From positions 20,088,001-20,151,733 of the forward strand of contig NC_073404.1 in the NCBI RefSeq assembly GCF_028641065.1: 63,733 nt of DNA, written 5' to 3'. Made by a program: the position numbers and the translations under genes. Under the pieces are notes generated by a model. That model did not search any database. It saw only the letters and a program-made list of their open reading frames with translations, and was not told the origin of the DNA. The DNA comes from Leucoraja erinacea (lineage: Eukaryota). Positions 49,441 to 63,580 of the stretch are shown here, one piece after another (the stretch's first letter is position 1; each line of letters opens with the position of its first letter).

Positions 49441-52400
49441 TACTTCCAGCGAGAGGATGAAATGAGGGCTTTGTACATGGTTTCTATAGGTTTATGCTCA
49501 TTGCAGATTCCTGCATTCCTTATTTATGGACATGACCTATGCTAACTCTGAAACCTGCTACACTTCTCTGAGCTCTGCTTTGCTTCAACTCTGCCGTCCA
49601 AAGCATTTATCATTCCCCGTGCTCTCCCATTTGCTTCAGCCGACCAAAACCTCTGGATTTCCCTCCAGAACTCTCCCTGCTTCTCTGCTGTTTTTCCCGT
49701 TGAGGCCCCCTTTAAAATGTACCATTTTGTCCTGGCCATTCCCCCTTGATTTTATGTTTAGTCCCATGTCCGTTTGTCGTGTTTCTCTGGTCTGTTTTTT
49801 AATGTTAAACCAACATTTTTCTTGTTGGTTGCGTTTTCAATTTGCTACCTTTGCAGCCCACATCAATTTAATGCAAGAAGATGCCTGAGAAAAGAAGGGA
49901 ATAAGCAGGGATTTACCAGCATGTTGACCAAAAATTTGTATTGATATGGTACCTTTATTGTAGAATAATAGTTGCTGTCTTGAACAATATGTAATCAGTC
50001 CTTTACCCCCTCTGCCCCCCCATGCATTGTGTGTCTCCTCCACTAATGATCATGCCCCAAGGGACAGAAACGTAATGTGCTTGCTCGGGTAGTACTTCAA
50101 GTTGTGCATTTTCTGTAACGAGGGTAGGTCAAATCATCTGCCCCAAGAAATAGAAAGCCACTCTCTTGTTATTGCACATAGCCACTTCCCACTTCCCAGT
50201 CCTTATTGCAAAATAGAACTTCAGAAATAGGAGCAGTAGCTATTTGCGCCTCTGGTCCATGCCACTGCTGATCAAGATCATTGCTGATTTTCTACCTTGG
50301 CTCAATTTTTTTCAGCGCTGTTCCCATATCCCTTGTTACCTTAAAATTCAGAAATGTATGAAAATCTGTTTTGAATGAGCGCGCACGGTATCTGAGCTCT
50401 CCCGGGTAGAGAATTCCAAGAAGTACTAAATACATTTCTCCTCTCAGTCCACCACTTCTTGGGTCCTCTGCCAGGGGAAACCACCGCTCCATATGTCTTT
50501 GTTGTAAAATTCACTTAATATCGCTGAAATATTCAGGGGGTAAAGGAATGGCTGGTAGAAATAGAAGATCCTTAACACATCTGCTAAACTTCCCTCAGTT
50601 GAAGAATTGTCCCAGCAGACTGGAAGGTAGCAAATGGAGTCATGCAAATTTTTTTTAAAGTGGGAGATGAAAGTAGAGAATTCCTTTGGGAGTGTTTGAG
50701 CCTGAATGCTGCTAGGCAATTTTGGAGAGTATGGAAATCAGGGATATGATCTCTGGATTAAGGGTTGGCCATTTGAGGCAGAACTGAGGAGAAATATCCT
50801 TATGTGAAATGGCATTCTCTACCTCAGAGGGTTTTACATGCTCAACTATTCAAGACATTCAAGATTAAGACTAGTTGATTTTTGGGCATTAAGGAATCAG
50901 ATGGCATTGTAGGTTGTGATCTGAGGCACTAGATAATTCATGATGTTGTCGACTGGCAGATAGACCTCAAAGGGCCATTTCGGCTCCACTTGCTGTGTGA
51001 CATGACACTCTGATGTTCTAGGAACTGGAGCTAAGGAATAAGCTTCATGTGTTTGAAGTGTTGCTCACCATGAAAGATAGTCAAAGCACTAACCCTGACA
51101 CAGGCTTTTATCTTGTGCAAAATCTGGAGAGCTGCTGCCTTTAAAGAGTATCAATATACAGAATGTTTTTTGTAACTACAGATTGTTAATATAAATGAGG
51201 CCTGGAAGGGTTCAATGTATTTTGAACATCTCAGCATATTCTTCCAGAATTTTTTGACTAGACTTTAGGATTTTTACATCTTTAATCATAAACATTGCAA
51301 CGAAAAAATCTTTAGAAATTTGAACTATTTACAAATAAAGGGCCCTTGTACATTGATTAATGTTAGTTTCTGCGAGTACCCTGATTTAAACTTCAGTTAA
51401 TCTAACCAGTTTTGCAAACAGTGTCAAATTTAATTTAAGTTGCATGCTTTTTTGGACCAAAGAGTTTAGCTTGGCACAGGCAGCAGCACTTCAAAAGTAA
51501 TCACTGAAGAAGCAGGACACGGGGTGACTATCCCAGTGCCAAGCAGCCTCACCCCCTGGTCGGGAGCAGAGTAAATGAGTCAGAGGCCACAGAGAAACTC
51601 CTTGTGACACCTTGCTCGGACTAGTGATGAGATGAACCCTTCCTGGCAGGCTTCTGCGGATCAGTCAGCGGGGCTAAAGGGAAATGAAGAATGCGCTGGA
51701 GATTCTCCGGGGAGTCATTCAAATGAACAAATTGTAATCTTGTTATACTGAGATCTCTTGGCTACTTATCTTGCATGCTCCAGTTTGAAGGTTCAAACGT
51801 ATGAAACGGGAGAAGGATTGGGCTATTTGGCCCCTGGGGTCTGTTGCACAATTGAACTAATTGTAACATCAACCCTGTACTACTCTCTACACCTCAAAAC
51901 ATTTCAGCCTCTCGCTTATCAAACATCTATCTGCCTTTTGTGGAGGCCAAGTCAATGGATATTTTGAAGGAGATGGATAGATTCTTGATTAGTACAGGTG
52001 TCAGGGTTTATGGGGAGAAGGCAGGCGAATGGGGTTAGGAGGGAGAGATGGATCAGCCATGATTGAATGGCGTCGACTTGATGAACCGAATGGCCTAATT
52101 CTGCTCCTATCACTTATGAACATGAAAATTGGGAGATGCAAACCCTGACCTGAGAGGGATACCTTCCATTCTTTCATCAGGCTCCCAGGGTCTCGCCACT
52201 TCTTCCTCCCTGTCTTCCACAAGGCAAATGCTCAGCTTTTTCTGACCCTGCACCAAATCTCTGGGATATGGAGCAGCTCAGGAGCCTGCTCCATTTCATC
52301 TTTAACATATTTAGGCAGACTTTCAGGTCACCTTCTGTGAAGTTGGAAGACCCTTTGCCTTGCCATGTTTCAGTGGAATCTGTCAAGCAACTATATAAAT

Positions 52401-52999
52401 GCAAACTTATTTGCTGTGACAGTTTCCCAGAGGGGGTTCCCAGTTGCTGTAAATCTTCACCACAACGGAGGGGTCGGTGACAGGTGGCTGTACTGTGCAG
52501 ACAGCAGCTTCATCTGATGAATGAAGAGTACAGGACTGAGAGATGAATGATTTGCTTTTATCTTCTGCCAGAACTACTATTGTGACAGGAGAAGAATTGG
52601 GAACAGTAATGGAAGGTATACATTTTCTTTAATCTGTAATCTAATGGCAGCGATGATGTGAGAAGATTTGAGTTTGTCTTGGTTTGAGTACATCCAGTGC
52701 TGTTTTTAGAGCTTGGCTCTATTTGCAGCCAAGATATTTCTGGGTGCGGAAGAAAAGCCACAATAAGAACACTGCTCCACCTTTGTTTTTTTCTGAATGG
52801 GAACTGATGGGTTTCTTTAGATCCAGGGAATAAACCCAGTGCTCTTCATCATCAAGAGACTGATGAGCAGTCAATAAACGTCTGCTAAATAGTGGAGGGT
52901 TTAGAAATACACGTGTGTCCTTAAAATCCTTATTTAAAATCTATTATGGAGATCTGAGCATAATTAACATGACCAGCATTTATTGCCTTTCAGAACTGC

Positions 53000-53205
53000 C
53001 CGTGGTGCGTGGTAGAGTTGCTGCCTTATAGCGCCAGAGACCTGGTTTCGATCCTGACTATGGGTGCTATCTCTATGGAGATTGTACGTTCTCCCCGTGA
53101 CCTGCGTGGGTTTTCTCTGAAATCGTCGATTTCCTCCCACACTCCAAAGACATACAGTAAATATAAATTGTCCCTAGTATGTGCAGGCCGAATTGCTAAA
53201 CAAAA
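53000..53205 (+). mobile_element. Partial V-SINE
   Basis: tRNA-like head and V-domain. Confidence 0.75.
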
Positions 53206-53424
53206 CTAAACTGCCCATGACCAGGTGACAACAAGAAGCGTTCCACAGTCCTTTTGATGATGACAATCCCACAGAGCGAAAGGAGTCCTCGATTCAAGGT
53301 AATGACATGACATCCTTTTGGAACCCTAGGTACCTTCCCCTTTCCTGTGGCATCGCAATATAAAAATCTCAGACTCCAGCTCATCAACTAGGTGTTGAAG
53401 TTACTTGATCTGTGGTCTCTTGGA

Positions 53425-54220
53425 GTATAATAATAGTAATAATAATACATTTTATTTATGGGCGCCTTTCAAGAGTCTCAAGGTGGACACCTTACAAAAT
53501 TTTAGCAAGTAGAGGAAAAACATGTAAGGGGAATGAAATAAATAGCAGAGACATGACTAGTGGTGTGTCACAAATTAAAAACATAATTCAATTCAAAACA
53601 CAATATGAGGCAATTCAAGCACAGATGAAAAGGGAGGGGGACGTGGGGCTAAGGATAGGCAGAGGTGAAGCGATGGGTCTTGAGGCGGGACTGGAAGATG
53701 GTGAGGGACACAGAATTGCAGATCAGTTGGGGGAGGGAGTTCCAGAGCCTGGGAGCTGCCCTGGAGAAGGCTCTGTCCCCAAAACTGCAGAGGTTGGACT
53801 TGTGGATGGAGAGGAGACCGGCTGATGTGGATCTGAGGGACCGTGAGGGTTGGTAGGGGAGAGGAGGTCAGAGATATGGGGGGGCCAGATGGTGGAGGGC
53901 TTTGTAGGTGAGGACCAGGCTTTTGTAGGTGATCCGGTGCGAGATGGGAAGCCAGTGAAGTTGTTTGAGGACTGGAGTGATGTGATGCCAGGATTTGGTG
54001 TGGGTGATGAGTCGGGCGGCTGCGTTCTGGACCAGTTGGAATAGGTTGATGTAAGTGGAGCTGATGCCAAGGAGAAGTGAGTTGCAGTAGTCCAGTCGGG
54101 AGGAGATGAAGGCATGGATGAGTCTTTCAGCAGTGGGAGGTGTGAGAGAGGGTCAGAGTTTGGCGATGTTGCGGAGATGAAAGAAGGAGGTTTTAATGAC
54201 ATGGCGGATGTGAGTATAGT
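53425..54220 (-). mobile_element. L2-clade LINE 3' fragment
   Basis: SFFHLRNIAKL, LIHAFISSRLDYCNSLL, QLVQNAAARL and HITPVLKQLHWLP. (ATT)n tail. Confidence 0.88.
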
Positions 54221-54299
54221 TGTGCTCATTAAGTTTCCACCAGCTCCCACCTAATACAGCTGCAAAACACATCACCTGTCCTGGATGCCTGTCTTCATT

Positions 54300-54755
54300 T
54301 AGAACATAGAGCGCAGGAACAGGACCTTCTGCCCATGATGTCTGAGCTGAACATGATGCCAGGGCCAACACCTATCTGCCTGCACATAATCCATATCCCG
54401 CCATTCCCTGCATATCTGTATGCCTATCCAAAAGTCTTTTAAAATGCCATTATTGTATCTGCCTCCACTACCACCCCTGTCAACGCATTCCAGTCGCTCG
54501 CCATCCACTGTGTAAAAAAACTTGTCCCGCACGTCTCCTTTAAACTTTGCCCTGCCTTAAAGCTTCATCCTCTAGTATTTGTTATTTTCATTTGGGGGAA
54601 AAAAGGTTCTGACTGTCTGCTCTATCTATGCCTCTCATCAATTTATATACTCCTGTCAGGTTTCCCCTCAACCCCCGGCATACCGGAGAATTAGATCGAA
54701 GTCTGTCCAACCTCTCCCTGTAGCCAATGCTCTCTAATCCAGGCAGCATTCCGGT
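54300..54755 (-). mobile_element. CR1 3' fragment
   Basis: Reverse complement of the CR1 ORF2 C-terminus and 3' UTR. Confidence 0.7.
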
Positions 54756-54784
54756 TTTATTTCATTAAATTTTGGATTGACAGA

Positions 54785-55950
54785 CACAGGTTGCTGGACG
54801 TTGTCTATATGGACTTTAGCAAATCCTTTGACAAATTCCCATGTAGATTACCTGGATAAGTTCACATGGGATGCAGAGAGCTTTGCAATTGGATGCAAAA
54901 TTGGCTTGATGGAGGTAGTCGGAGAGTGGTAGTAAAGGATTTGTTTTCAGGTTGGAGGCCTGTGATTAGAAAGTGCCGCAGATATCAGAGCTGGGTTCAC
55001 TCTTGTTCCTCATCTATGTTAATGATCTGGATGAAAATATAGTTATTGTGCTGAGTACCTTTGCGGATAACACTAAAATTGGTGGTATAGTGGATACTAA
55101 AGAAGGTTCTTGAAGATTACAACAGAATTAGATCAATTTGGAAAGATGGCCAAGAAAATAGCAGATAGAAGTTAACTCGGGTAAGTACAGAATGATGCAT
55201 TTTGTTACGTTAAACCAGGGCAGGATGCATCAGTAAATAGTAGGGATCTGGATGGTATTGTAGCACAGAAATACTTTGGGGTTGTGGTACATATTTTCCT
55301 CAAAGTTACAACACAGGTAAACAGGATGGTAAAGAAAGCATTTGGCGTACTTGCCTTGGTTGGTCAAGGCTTTGAGCACAAGTCTTGGGATGTCATGTTA
55401 CAACTGTACGAGACATTGTGTGCAGTTCTGGTCATCCAGCTACAGGAAGGATAGCATTAAGATGGAAATGGTGCAGAAGAGATTCACAAGGATGGTACTG
55501 AGACTGGATGGCTTGAGTTATATAAAGAGATTGCATAGGCTAGTACTTTTTTCCTCCTGGAACGTAGGATGCTGAGGAGTGTCCTTTTAGATGATATATC
55601 AAATAATGAGGGGCATAGATAAGATGAATGATCACAGTGTTTTTCCCTGGGTAGGGGTATCTAAAACTAAAGGGCGCAGATTTAGGGTAAAGATCCAAAG
55701 AGGACCTGAGGGACAACTTTTCACACAGAGGGTAGTATGTATATGGAGTGAGCTGCTGAGGAAGTGGTAAAGGTGGGTACAATTACAGTATTTGAAAGAC
55801 ATTTGGACAGGTGCATGGGTAGTAAAGGTTCAGATGGTTATGGGTCAAATGCTGGCAAATCGAACTAGCTCAAGTAGACAAATTGGTCGGCATGGATGAG
55901 TTGGTGTGAAGGACACATTTTCTGTGCTGTTTTAACTTTATGATTCTCTG
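54785..55950 (+). mobile_element. CR1 RT fragment
   Basis: DVVYMDFSKSFDKFP, IYVNDLD, FADNTKIGG and CVQFWS..YRKD..MEMVQKRFTRM. Confidence 0.85.
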
Positions 55951-56089
55951 CATTTAATTCATTATACATAAATGTACTGCCTCCCCAAAGCACATGGTCG
56001 GTTGCACTGCTCTTACATGGCACTATGTGCATGAATTGGTCGCTCTGCTTCCTGCATTCCAGCACCAAACCTGGTTCAAACTGAACCTG

Positions 56090-56660
56090 GTTTGTGATTG
56101 CATTAATCACAAGAGCAAGAAGGTTATATTCCAACTTTTTAAAACATTGGTCAGACCTCTGCTCAGGTACTTGTCAGCACACTATGGCAAGGGAGGAGAT
56201 TCACCAGGATGTTGCCTGGGATGAAATGCTTCACTTATGAGGAGAGACTGGAGAGGCTGTGTCTTTTTTCCTGGAGAGAGAAGGTTAAGAAGTAAAATGA
56301 CTGAGGTATATAAAATTATGAGCGGTATAGCTAGGGCAGAATGCAGGAAATTCTTTCCCACATCATAGGTAGATAAAACTAGAAGACATGCAATAGGTTT
56401 AGGGTAAGGGGTAGGAGGTTTCAAGGGGATCTATGGAGGGCTTTTTGAACCCAGAAAAGGATGAGTACCTGGAAGACGACCAAAAGAGTGGTGGAAGCAG
56501 AGTCACTGACAACATTGAAGAAGAGTTGTGACAAACACTTGAATCACCTGGGCATTATAGACTGGATGATTGGATCAATGCGGATGTGTGTCATTGGTTG
56601 GCATTTCAATAGTGGGCCAAATGGCCTGTTTCCTTGCTTCATGACTGGCTCTATGTGATA
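56090..56660 (+). mobile_element. Old CR1 3' fragment
   Basis: LFKTLVRPLL motif and CR1-like 3' end. Confidence 0.65.
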
Positions 56661-57097
56661 TTTCAGAATAAACCTATTAGTCCATCAGCAATGTTTAATT
56701 AAATTCAGCCTTCTCGTGGGAGCTGAATGTGAGGACAATTCAGATACTGGATGTTAAAAATAGCAGGAACACCCAAGCTGCCTCCCCTGATGTTATTTTA
56801 AATATTCTTTCTCAGTTTACTCTCCCCACTTATGTTGTTTTCATTAGTTGCCTTTAATTTTTGAAGGCCTTTGTGCATTAGCCAAAGTAAGCTTGATAAA
56901 CCCACTGGCTGCATCCTGCATACCCTCCGTCTGCACCTTCACATCAAAGAAAGCATACTTGCCGGGAAGCCCAGGGCATTCTTCATAAAAACCCGCACGT
57001 TGGTTCATTTAAGTAGTTTGACGCAACTTTATATTACGTATGCAGTAAATATTTTAAATTTAGACCCTCTTCCTGTATCAATGTGGAACAGTTGGAA

Positions 57098-57236
57098 TGT
57101 GTAAGCAGGAACTGCAGATGCTGGTTTAAACCGAAGAAAGACTGAAGAAGGGCCTCGACCTGAAACGTCACCCATTCCTTCTCCCCAGAGATGCTGCCTG
57201 TCCCACTGAGTTACTCCAGCTTTTTGTGTGTATCTT
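57098..57236. mobile_element. Penelope-derived insertion with a 5' inversion and hammerhead core
   Basis: 14-bp TSD TGGAACAGTTGGAA at 57084-57097 and 57237-57250. CTGAAGA-AGGGCCTCGACCT-GAAAC-GTC-ACC. Confidence 0.82.
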
Positions 57237-58109
57237 TGGAACAGTTGGAAAATGCATAGATTCTGTTAATAAATGACTTGGGCATGCACAAATGATGCAT
57301 GTTGTTGAAACCGTTGTACCTGGGCTGATGCAGATACATCAGAATAATTCTATCTCCTTGAAACCTCTCCTCTGGTTCAGGTGCTCTATAAAGTTGCTCG
57401 ACTGATAAATTAAGTGACCGTCTGAAGAAGGGATCCAAAAAGTCGCCTATCTATGTTCCCCAGAGATGTTGCCTGGCCAACACTCCAGCACTTTGTCCCC
57501 TTTCAAGTAAATGCCTTGTTTGCAAATTAACCTTCAAAAAAGCTGCTTTTGGTTGCAAGGAGTCGTGCTAAAATAGTCATAGTGAGTGAGTGCTCCAGAG
57601 GAATGGTTTAAGAATGAATGAGCCTAGATGGGAGGAGAACTCCAACGATTTACCACCTTCTGGCCCAGAAGTTCTGGGCAACAATTTCTTCTCATCTCAG
57701 TCATGAGTAATGTCCCATTACCTTGAGATTCAGACCCCTGGTTGTAGACATGCCAAGCAGAAGGAGCCTCAACTGACCTAAAGGAGGTCACACAGCAGAG
57801 GATGTAGTGAGCTCGCAGAGGGGAGGAAAGGCAATGAAGCTGCAGATTAGGAGACAGTTTGTTGAAAAGTAGCAAGGCCGGCTGTAAAGGTTAAATAAAG
57901 CACTGAATGACCGAATCGATCTGGAGGGTAGGGATGAGCGAAAGTCCTTGCATTTGAATCCATTCTTGCGCTGGGAAGTGTTTCAGAGTTAAGGTAATAA
58001 CTCGAAGAATGGAAGGAGCCGGTTCTTTGCCCCCTTGTGCCTGCTTTATTCCCATACCACTTCATTACCCTTGTACCAAAAATCTCTGATTTCATGCCTG
58101 AATTTGGGT

Positions 58110-58410
58110 GATCACGGTGGCGCAGCAGTAGAATTGCCACCTTACAGCTCTTGCAGTGCCAGAGACCCAGGTTCGATCCCGGCTACGGGTGCTGTCTGTA
58201 CGGAGTTTGTACGTTCTCCCCGTGACGTGCGTGGGCTTTCTCCGAGATCTTCGGTTTCCTCCCACACTCCAAAGACGTACAGGTTTGTAGGTTAAATGGC
58301 TTGGTAAATGTAAAGGTTGTATGTGGTGGGTGTCGGATAGTCTCTGGTTGGCACGGACTCGGTGGGCTGAAGGGCCTGTTTCCACGCTGTATCTCTAAAC
58401 TAAACTAAAA
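58110..58410 (+). mobile_element. Full-length V-SINE (HE1-like)
   Basis: A box TGGCGCAGCAG, B box GGTTCGATCCC, V-domain, (CTAAA)3 tail. Confidence 0.88.
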
Positions 58411-61355
58411 AATAACCAGCTTTTAGTAGACAATTCCGAACTTCACCACCATCTGGGTAAAACCTTGCCCTCACCTCTGTCCTGAATGGCAGTCCTTTAT
58501 CTTGTGACTGTGACTCCTGGCTCTAAACACCTCAACCAGGGGAAGTGAACTGTATCCTATTGCAGGTCGACTGTGTTTAGTTTGGCAAAATACGGCAGTC
58601 TAAAACCAGCAACCTAACTTTGTGTGAATATGGCTTTGGTGTTTCATTTATCTCAGGAAATTGCAGTGCTGAAATGTTATCACCACTGCATGCTTAGTCC
58701 TGTCAGTGGTAGGATCATTGTGTGGAGATTCGCACAGTGATTACCAGTTGAGGTCATCCTGTTGTAACGAAACCTTAGAAAAACTCCAGAACCGAACAGC
58801 GTTAATAAAGAGAACACAATGAACAGAGCAGCTTTCAGAAAAGCTTGTTTTAAAACCATGGGAGTTAAAACAGTGCAAATATATTAGAAAAATACACGAG
58901 AAGGGAAAACCATCAAATAAAAAAGGAATGCTTTGAATAATAGAGACTGTAAATTTAATACCTACACTGGAAGTGGATGGTTAACATCAAACCTAGCCGG
59001 CTAAAAATAGTTGTTCGGCAAAACAAAAGTGGTTTATAATGTAAAAGTACATGGAAGGGGAAGAGTGGAAAATATGTCAGATGTAATTTACAAGTTGCTC
59101 CGCTGATAACTGGGTAAGAAAAATTGGATTTCTTAACAGAGCTGCTCACTCCCAGCCTATCGTACAAAGCCATGGAAGGTAAATCTTTCAGGGCAAATCA
59201 TGCAGGATAGAACGTTAGCGAGGACAAAATAGGTTAAACAGAGCAAGGGACTGAGTGAAGCTTTCTACTCTGTGTAGCTTTGCTCCAGACTTACAAGGCC
59301 CTTCAGGCATTAGGTTCAGGGGCACTGTGGCCCTTTGCCCTGCTGTTGTAATTAAACTTCTCAACAAATTATACTTCAGAAAGTAACACAAGTTTTGCTG
59401 CCCCTCGGCTCCCATCACCTTATTTCCCCAAGTTGAAGGTGATGTGTGTGAAAAGTCTTTGGTTCAGCTCCAGGTTGCTAAGCTGCTAATTCTATCGAAC
59501 TGGTGCAGTTTTCAAATGGTTCAACCGATCCACAGGCAGTCAGTTAACACACAATCAAGAGGACAATGGTGTTTTATACTAACTGAATGGATTGCAAGCC
59601 AATACCTGAACTAAGTGTGGAGGTAGTGAGTCGCCCGGTGATTTATTTACTTTTTAAAGAGCTTGACATGTTGACAGCTCGGAAGAAAATAATTAAGTGA
59701 AATGTGGTGGAATCAAATTAGCCCAGCTCTTGACCTCTTAGTAGCTGAAGGTCAGGTTAGGACAGATGTGTGATGCAGTGCCAATGGTAGTGTAGCCTGC
59801 CAACAGCCTGTGCTCATGTCCACACATGAATGATGGGCAGTCAGACAAGGTGAGAGAGAACTCAGCAAGAGCCAGTGCCTTCTGGGGGTAGAGAAAGCAG
59901 CATGTTCCTTCCACAAAATGGACTATATTGTCTTGAATTTTAAGCCAGTCACAAAATGGCTGATTAAATAGTCTGAGGCAGTTTATACAAACAGGTCGTT
60001 TCCAGGAATCAAAGGAAACTGGTCCAAACACAACATTTCTTGGTACACTGGTCATGCATTCACAGAGCATAAACTGTGCCTATTTGGAATACGTTATCTA
60101 ATGTGGAAAACTCATAAACACGGACTATTGAAGATATCAAAAATGCTGCATTCAAGACCCATAATTGTTGGAAAAAAAAGACATTTTAATGACCTTTCAC
60201 AGCTTGCTAAAGTCTTGCGGTACATTGCAATATGCAGAGACCCACACTCTCTATCACCCTTGATCTACTACTATAATCTCAAGGAACGAGTTTCGATTTA
60301 TTCAGCTCCTGATCACATTATCAGGAGAATTAGCCTTCAGATTGCTATTTCCCAAAGTACACCTTTGTGCAATAATTTATCGATGAAGTGAATAAAGAAA
60401 AATGGATGGATCTTCAATCCCAGCCAATTGGCTAATACATAGAAACAAGGAATTGCAGATGCTGGTTAATACAAGAAAGGACACAAACTCCTGGAGTAAC
60501 TCACCAGGTCAGGCAGCATCTCTGAAGAATGTGGATAGGAACCATGTATGGTCAAGATACTCCTTCAGACATATAATTTGCTAATATTATTGACAATCAC
60601 TCTTGCAGTTCACACCGGTCTGAGGGGCTGTGCAACAGCTCTTCCAACAAAGTGTGATGAAGTGAACAGTTGTCGTTATCCTGGCGAACCACTAAGATTT
60701 CTCAAATTGTTCGGAACATCGGAATATGTGAAACCTGTTAATTTTCAGGAATTGCAATTAATCTGTCGGGCGCTTCATGAGAAGTGCAGCAAAGGTTCCT
60801 GTATCTGTAATATTCACAATTACAAAAGATTGCCCATTTCAAGATCACAAACATTTATATGTCACTAAGTTAAACTCAAGGAAAGAACTCAGTCTGTTCT
60901 TTTTTTCAACCATCTCTCCTCTGGCCACTACAGCAGCCTGGAACAGGATGGGGTTACTCACAGCACGAGAATGGGCGTGATTGCTTCCATGGGCTAACTT
61001 CATTCAACAATCCTTTTCAGCAATGTTACCATCACTGGCATCGCCTGAGATGTCAAGAAAGGGGAGGGAAGAGTCAAATATAAACTAAACATCCACTGGT
61101 GTGACCTCTGTGACCAAGGCAAATCTTGTTGTGAATGATATGCACTATGCTCCATCTGCTTACTAATAGCATAAACTCATGAAACACTGGTTCTTAAAAT
61201 ACAAAATCCGCCTGCACCAAATACAGCTCCATGCCAGGTTTTGGCAGGGTTTTGTTCCTGAGAACTGTTTGTACCCCCAAACAGTCCACAAGTTGGAAAT
61301 GTGACCTCAGTGATATATTTAAATAAAAACATCGGGCAACAGCCATTTAAACCAG

Positions 61356-61565
61356 CAAGGAGCTGCAGATGCTGGTTAATAGACAAAAGGACACAAAGTG
61401 CTGGAGTAACTCAGCAGGTCAGGCAGCATCTCTGGAGAACATTAACAAGAGTGATTCTGGGTTGAGTGAAGAAAAAGGGTCTCGACCCGATACATCATCC
61501 ATCCATGTTCTGCAGAGATGCTGCCTGATCTGCTGAGTTACTTGAGCACTTTGTGACCTTTCAGG
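61356..61565. mobile_element. Penelope-derived foldback insertion
   Basis: 12-bp TSD CATTTAAACCAG at 61344-61355 and 61566-61577. Inverted arms. Confidence 0.8.
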
Positions 61566-61724
61566 CATTTAAACCAGGCTGTTTAAATCAACCATTCATA
61601 TATTGTCCTAAACTGAGTTCCCACACAGCGGAAGATGCCTACCCCACAGCAGAAGGCAAATTGATGCCTCTGATCACTCAAATGCTCATCATATGCCTCG
61701 GATGCACAACTCAGGAGTTTGTAA

Positions 61725-61932
61725 GGTTACAGAAAAAAGCTGGAGAAACTCAGCGGGTGCAGCAGCATCTATGGAGCGAAGGAAATAGGCAACGTTTCGG
61801 GCCGAACCCTTCTTCAGACCCGTCTGAAGAATTTCGGCCGAACGTTGAATTTGTTTTCCTCCATAGAGCTGCGTCTGAGTTTCTCCAGCTTTTTGTGTAG
61901 CTTCGATGCATGTGCAGTTCCCTCTTAAACTC
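61725..61932. mobile_element. Penelope-derived foldback with back-to-back hammerhead motifs
   Basis: Centre TCTTCAGACCCGTCTGAAGA. Minus-strand core intact, plus-strand copy degenerate. Confidence 0.75.
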
Positions 61933-63036
61933 AATGTTTGTAACCTGATCAGGACCTGTAATATCATCATGCAGATGGTGAAATGTTTTCCTTTGAAGCT
62001 GCGTCATACTCTTTGAGATAATGCAGTGTGGTCCCAATTAGCAAATGGGGCAAATGATCAGTTAATCTATTTCTCTGCCTTAAGGGTTGTTTTACATTTA
62101 ACCCGGCATGCAAACAACATGTTGGTTTAACAACTTGTTTCAGGAATGTTTCAGCCTCAGTAATGAACTTGGATCACAGGACCTCTGACACTGGTAAGAA
62201 TGCTACCACTTGACTTAGCCATAGTGGCAGTTTCAGCAGGAGGCAGGCTACTGGGAAACAATTGATAACCAGGGTGGGGTAGGGAATCTGACTTTAGTGG
62301 GCTCATTCTAATTCATTGTATGCATCTTTCGTGTCAAAAATGATTACCATTTCTGGTCATGAAATACATTATTTTATTTTTGCCTTCATGGCAGCTATAG
62401 CCCAGGGATTAGGTGCAAAGGAAACATTAGATTCTGTCCCATCATGTAATTCACAGAGTCAGGTACACGAGAGGTTTGGTGCAGATTTTAGACCTCATGG
62501 TATTATCTGGACTAGATCCGTGTAATATGGTTTCAAAGCAGATTATAGTTTCCTCTACCTCACCCATTTAACCACACGCTAGCCAGGTGCAGTGTGAGTT
62601 AAATTCAGTGATAAGCCACGATTGTTCCATGTTGTTTATGTGTCTTCATCCCAACCTCAGATAAACATCCTGGCTCTACAACGGTGAATAATTTCCATTT
62701 CCTGCTTTCCTTGTAGACGCTTTGTGTGAAACTGCCAATGTAATGTCAATCACCGGTGTATGACGGTGGTTCTTTTCTGCAACCTTTCGGCCTGTAAGGA
62801 CTCGACTGAGACAAGCTTTAATCTTTTCTAATTGCATTCCGTACCAACAATGCCGTCTCATCTATAATGCGGAAACCAAACGCAGATTGAATGATTGGAC
62901 TTGTGTTCAGTGTGTAAGGGTGATCCTGACTCTCCCGTTACCTGTGTCTTTAATACCACCAATCTCCCACTCTGACCTATTGGAGGGAAAAATAACCCTC
63001 CACAGCTACCCTTTGACTCCTTCCTCCAAGCCAATT

Positions 63037-63132
63037 CAGTCTGAAGAAGGGTTTCGGCCCGAAACGTTGCCTATTTCCTTCGCTCCATAGATGCCTCACC
63101 CGCTGAGTTTCTCCAGCATTTTTGTCTACCTT
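63037..63132 (+). mobile_element. Penelope-derived short insertion with intact hammerhead core (63041-63068)
   Basis: CTGAAGA-A-GGGTTTCGGCCC-GAAAC-GTT-GCC. Confidence 0.78.
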
Positions 63133-63134
63133 AG

Positions 63135-63580
63135 AATCTAATTGGTTAGCTCACCTTGGATTCCATGTGATCCATACTAATGTACCTTGCAGGACCTTGT
63201 CAAAGGCTTTGCTAAGATCCATAGAAATAATGTCCACTGTCTGGCCCCTCATCAATCCTCTGGTGATCTCGTCAAAAAACCCTGTCAGATTCATGATACG
63301 TGATCTCCCACGCACAAAGACCTGCAAACTATCCTCAATCCCCAGTGCTTGTCTATCCAAATGCTGGTAGATCCTGTCCCTCAGATTCTACACCAACAAC
63401 TTTCCGACTACTGACTCCAGTCTTCCAGAACTTTATCTGTGGCTAAAGATGAAGCAAATATCTCAGCAAGGGTACCTGCAATTTATTCCCCAGTTTCCCA
63501 CAAGGTCAGAGGATATACTTGGTCGGGCTCCGGGAATTTATCCTCATTAATCCACTTTTGAAACCATCAAAACCTCCTGT
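63135..63580 (-). mobile_element. CR1 RT fragment
   Basis: NLTGFFDEIT...VDIISMDLSKAFDKV. Confidence 0.78.

Noticed and set aside
51470-51750. Unique GC-richer segment with a TGAGTCA site as an exon or enhancer
   Set aside because: No recognisable protein or convincing splice pair. One motif is not enough.
58110-58190. tRNA genes at SINE heads (also near 4250 and 5801)
   Set aside because: A/B boxes run straight into the V-domain and LINE-like tail, with no complete cloverleaf or terminator.
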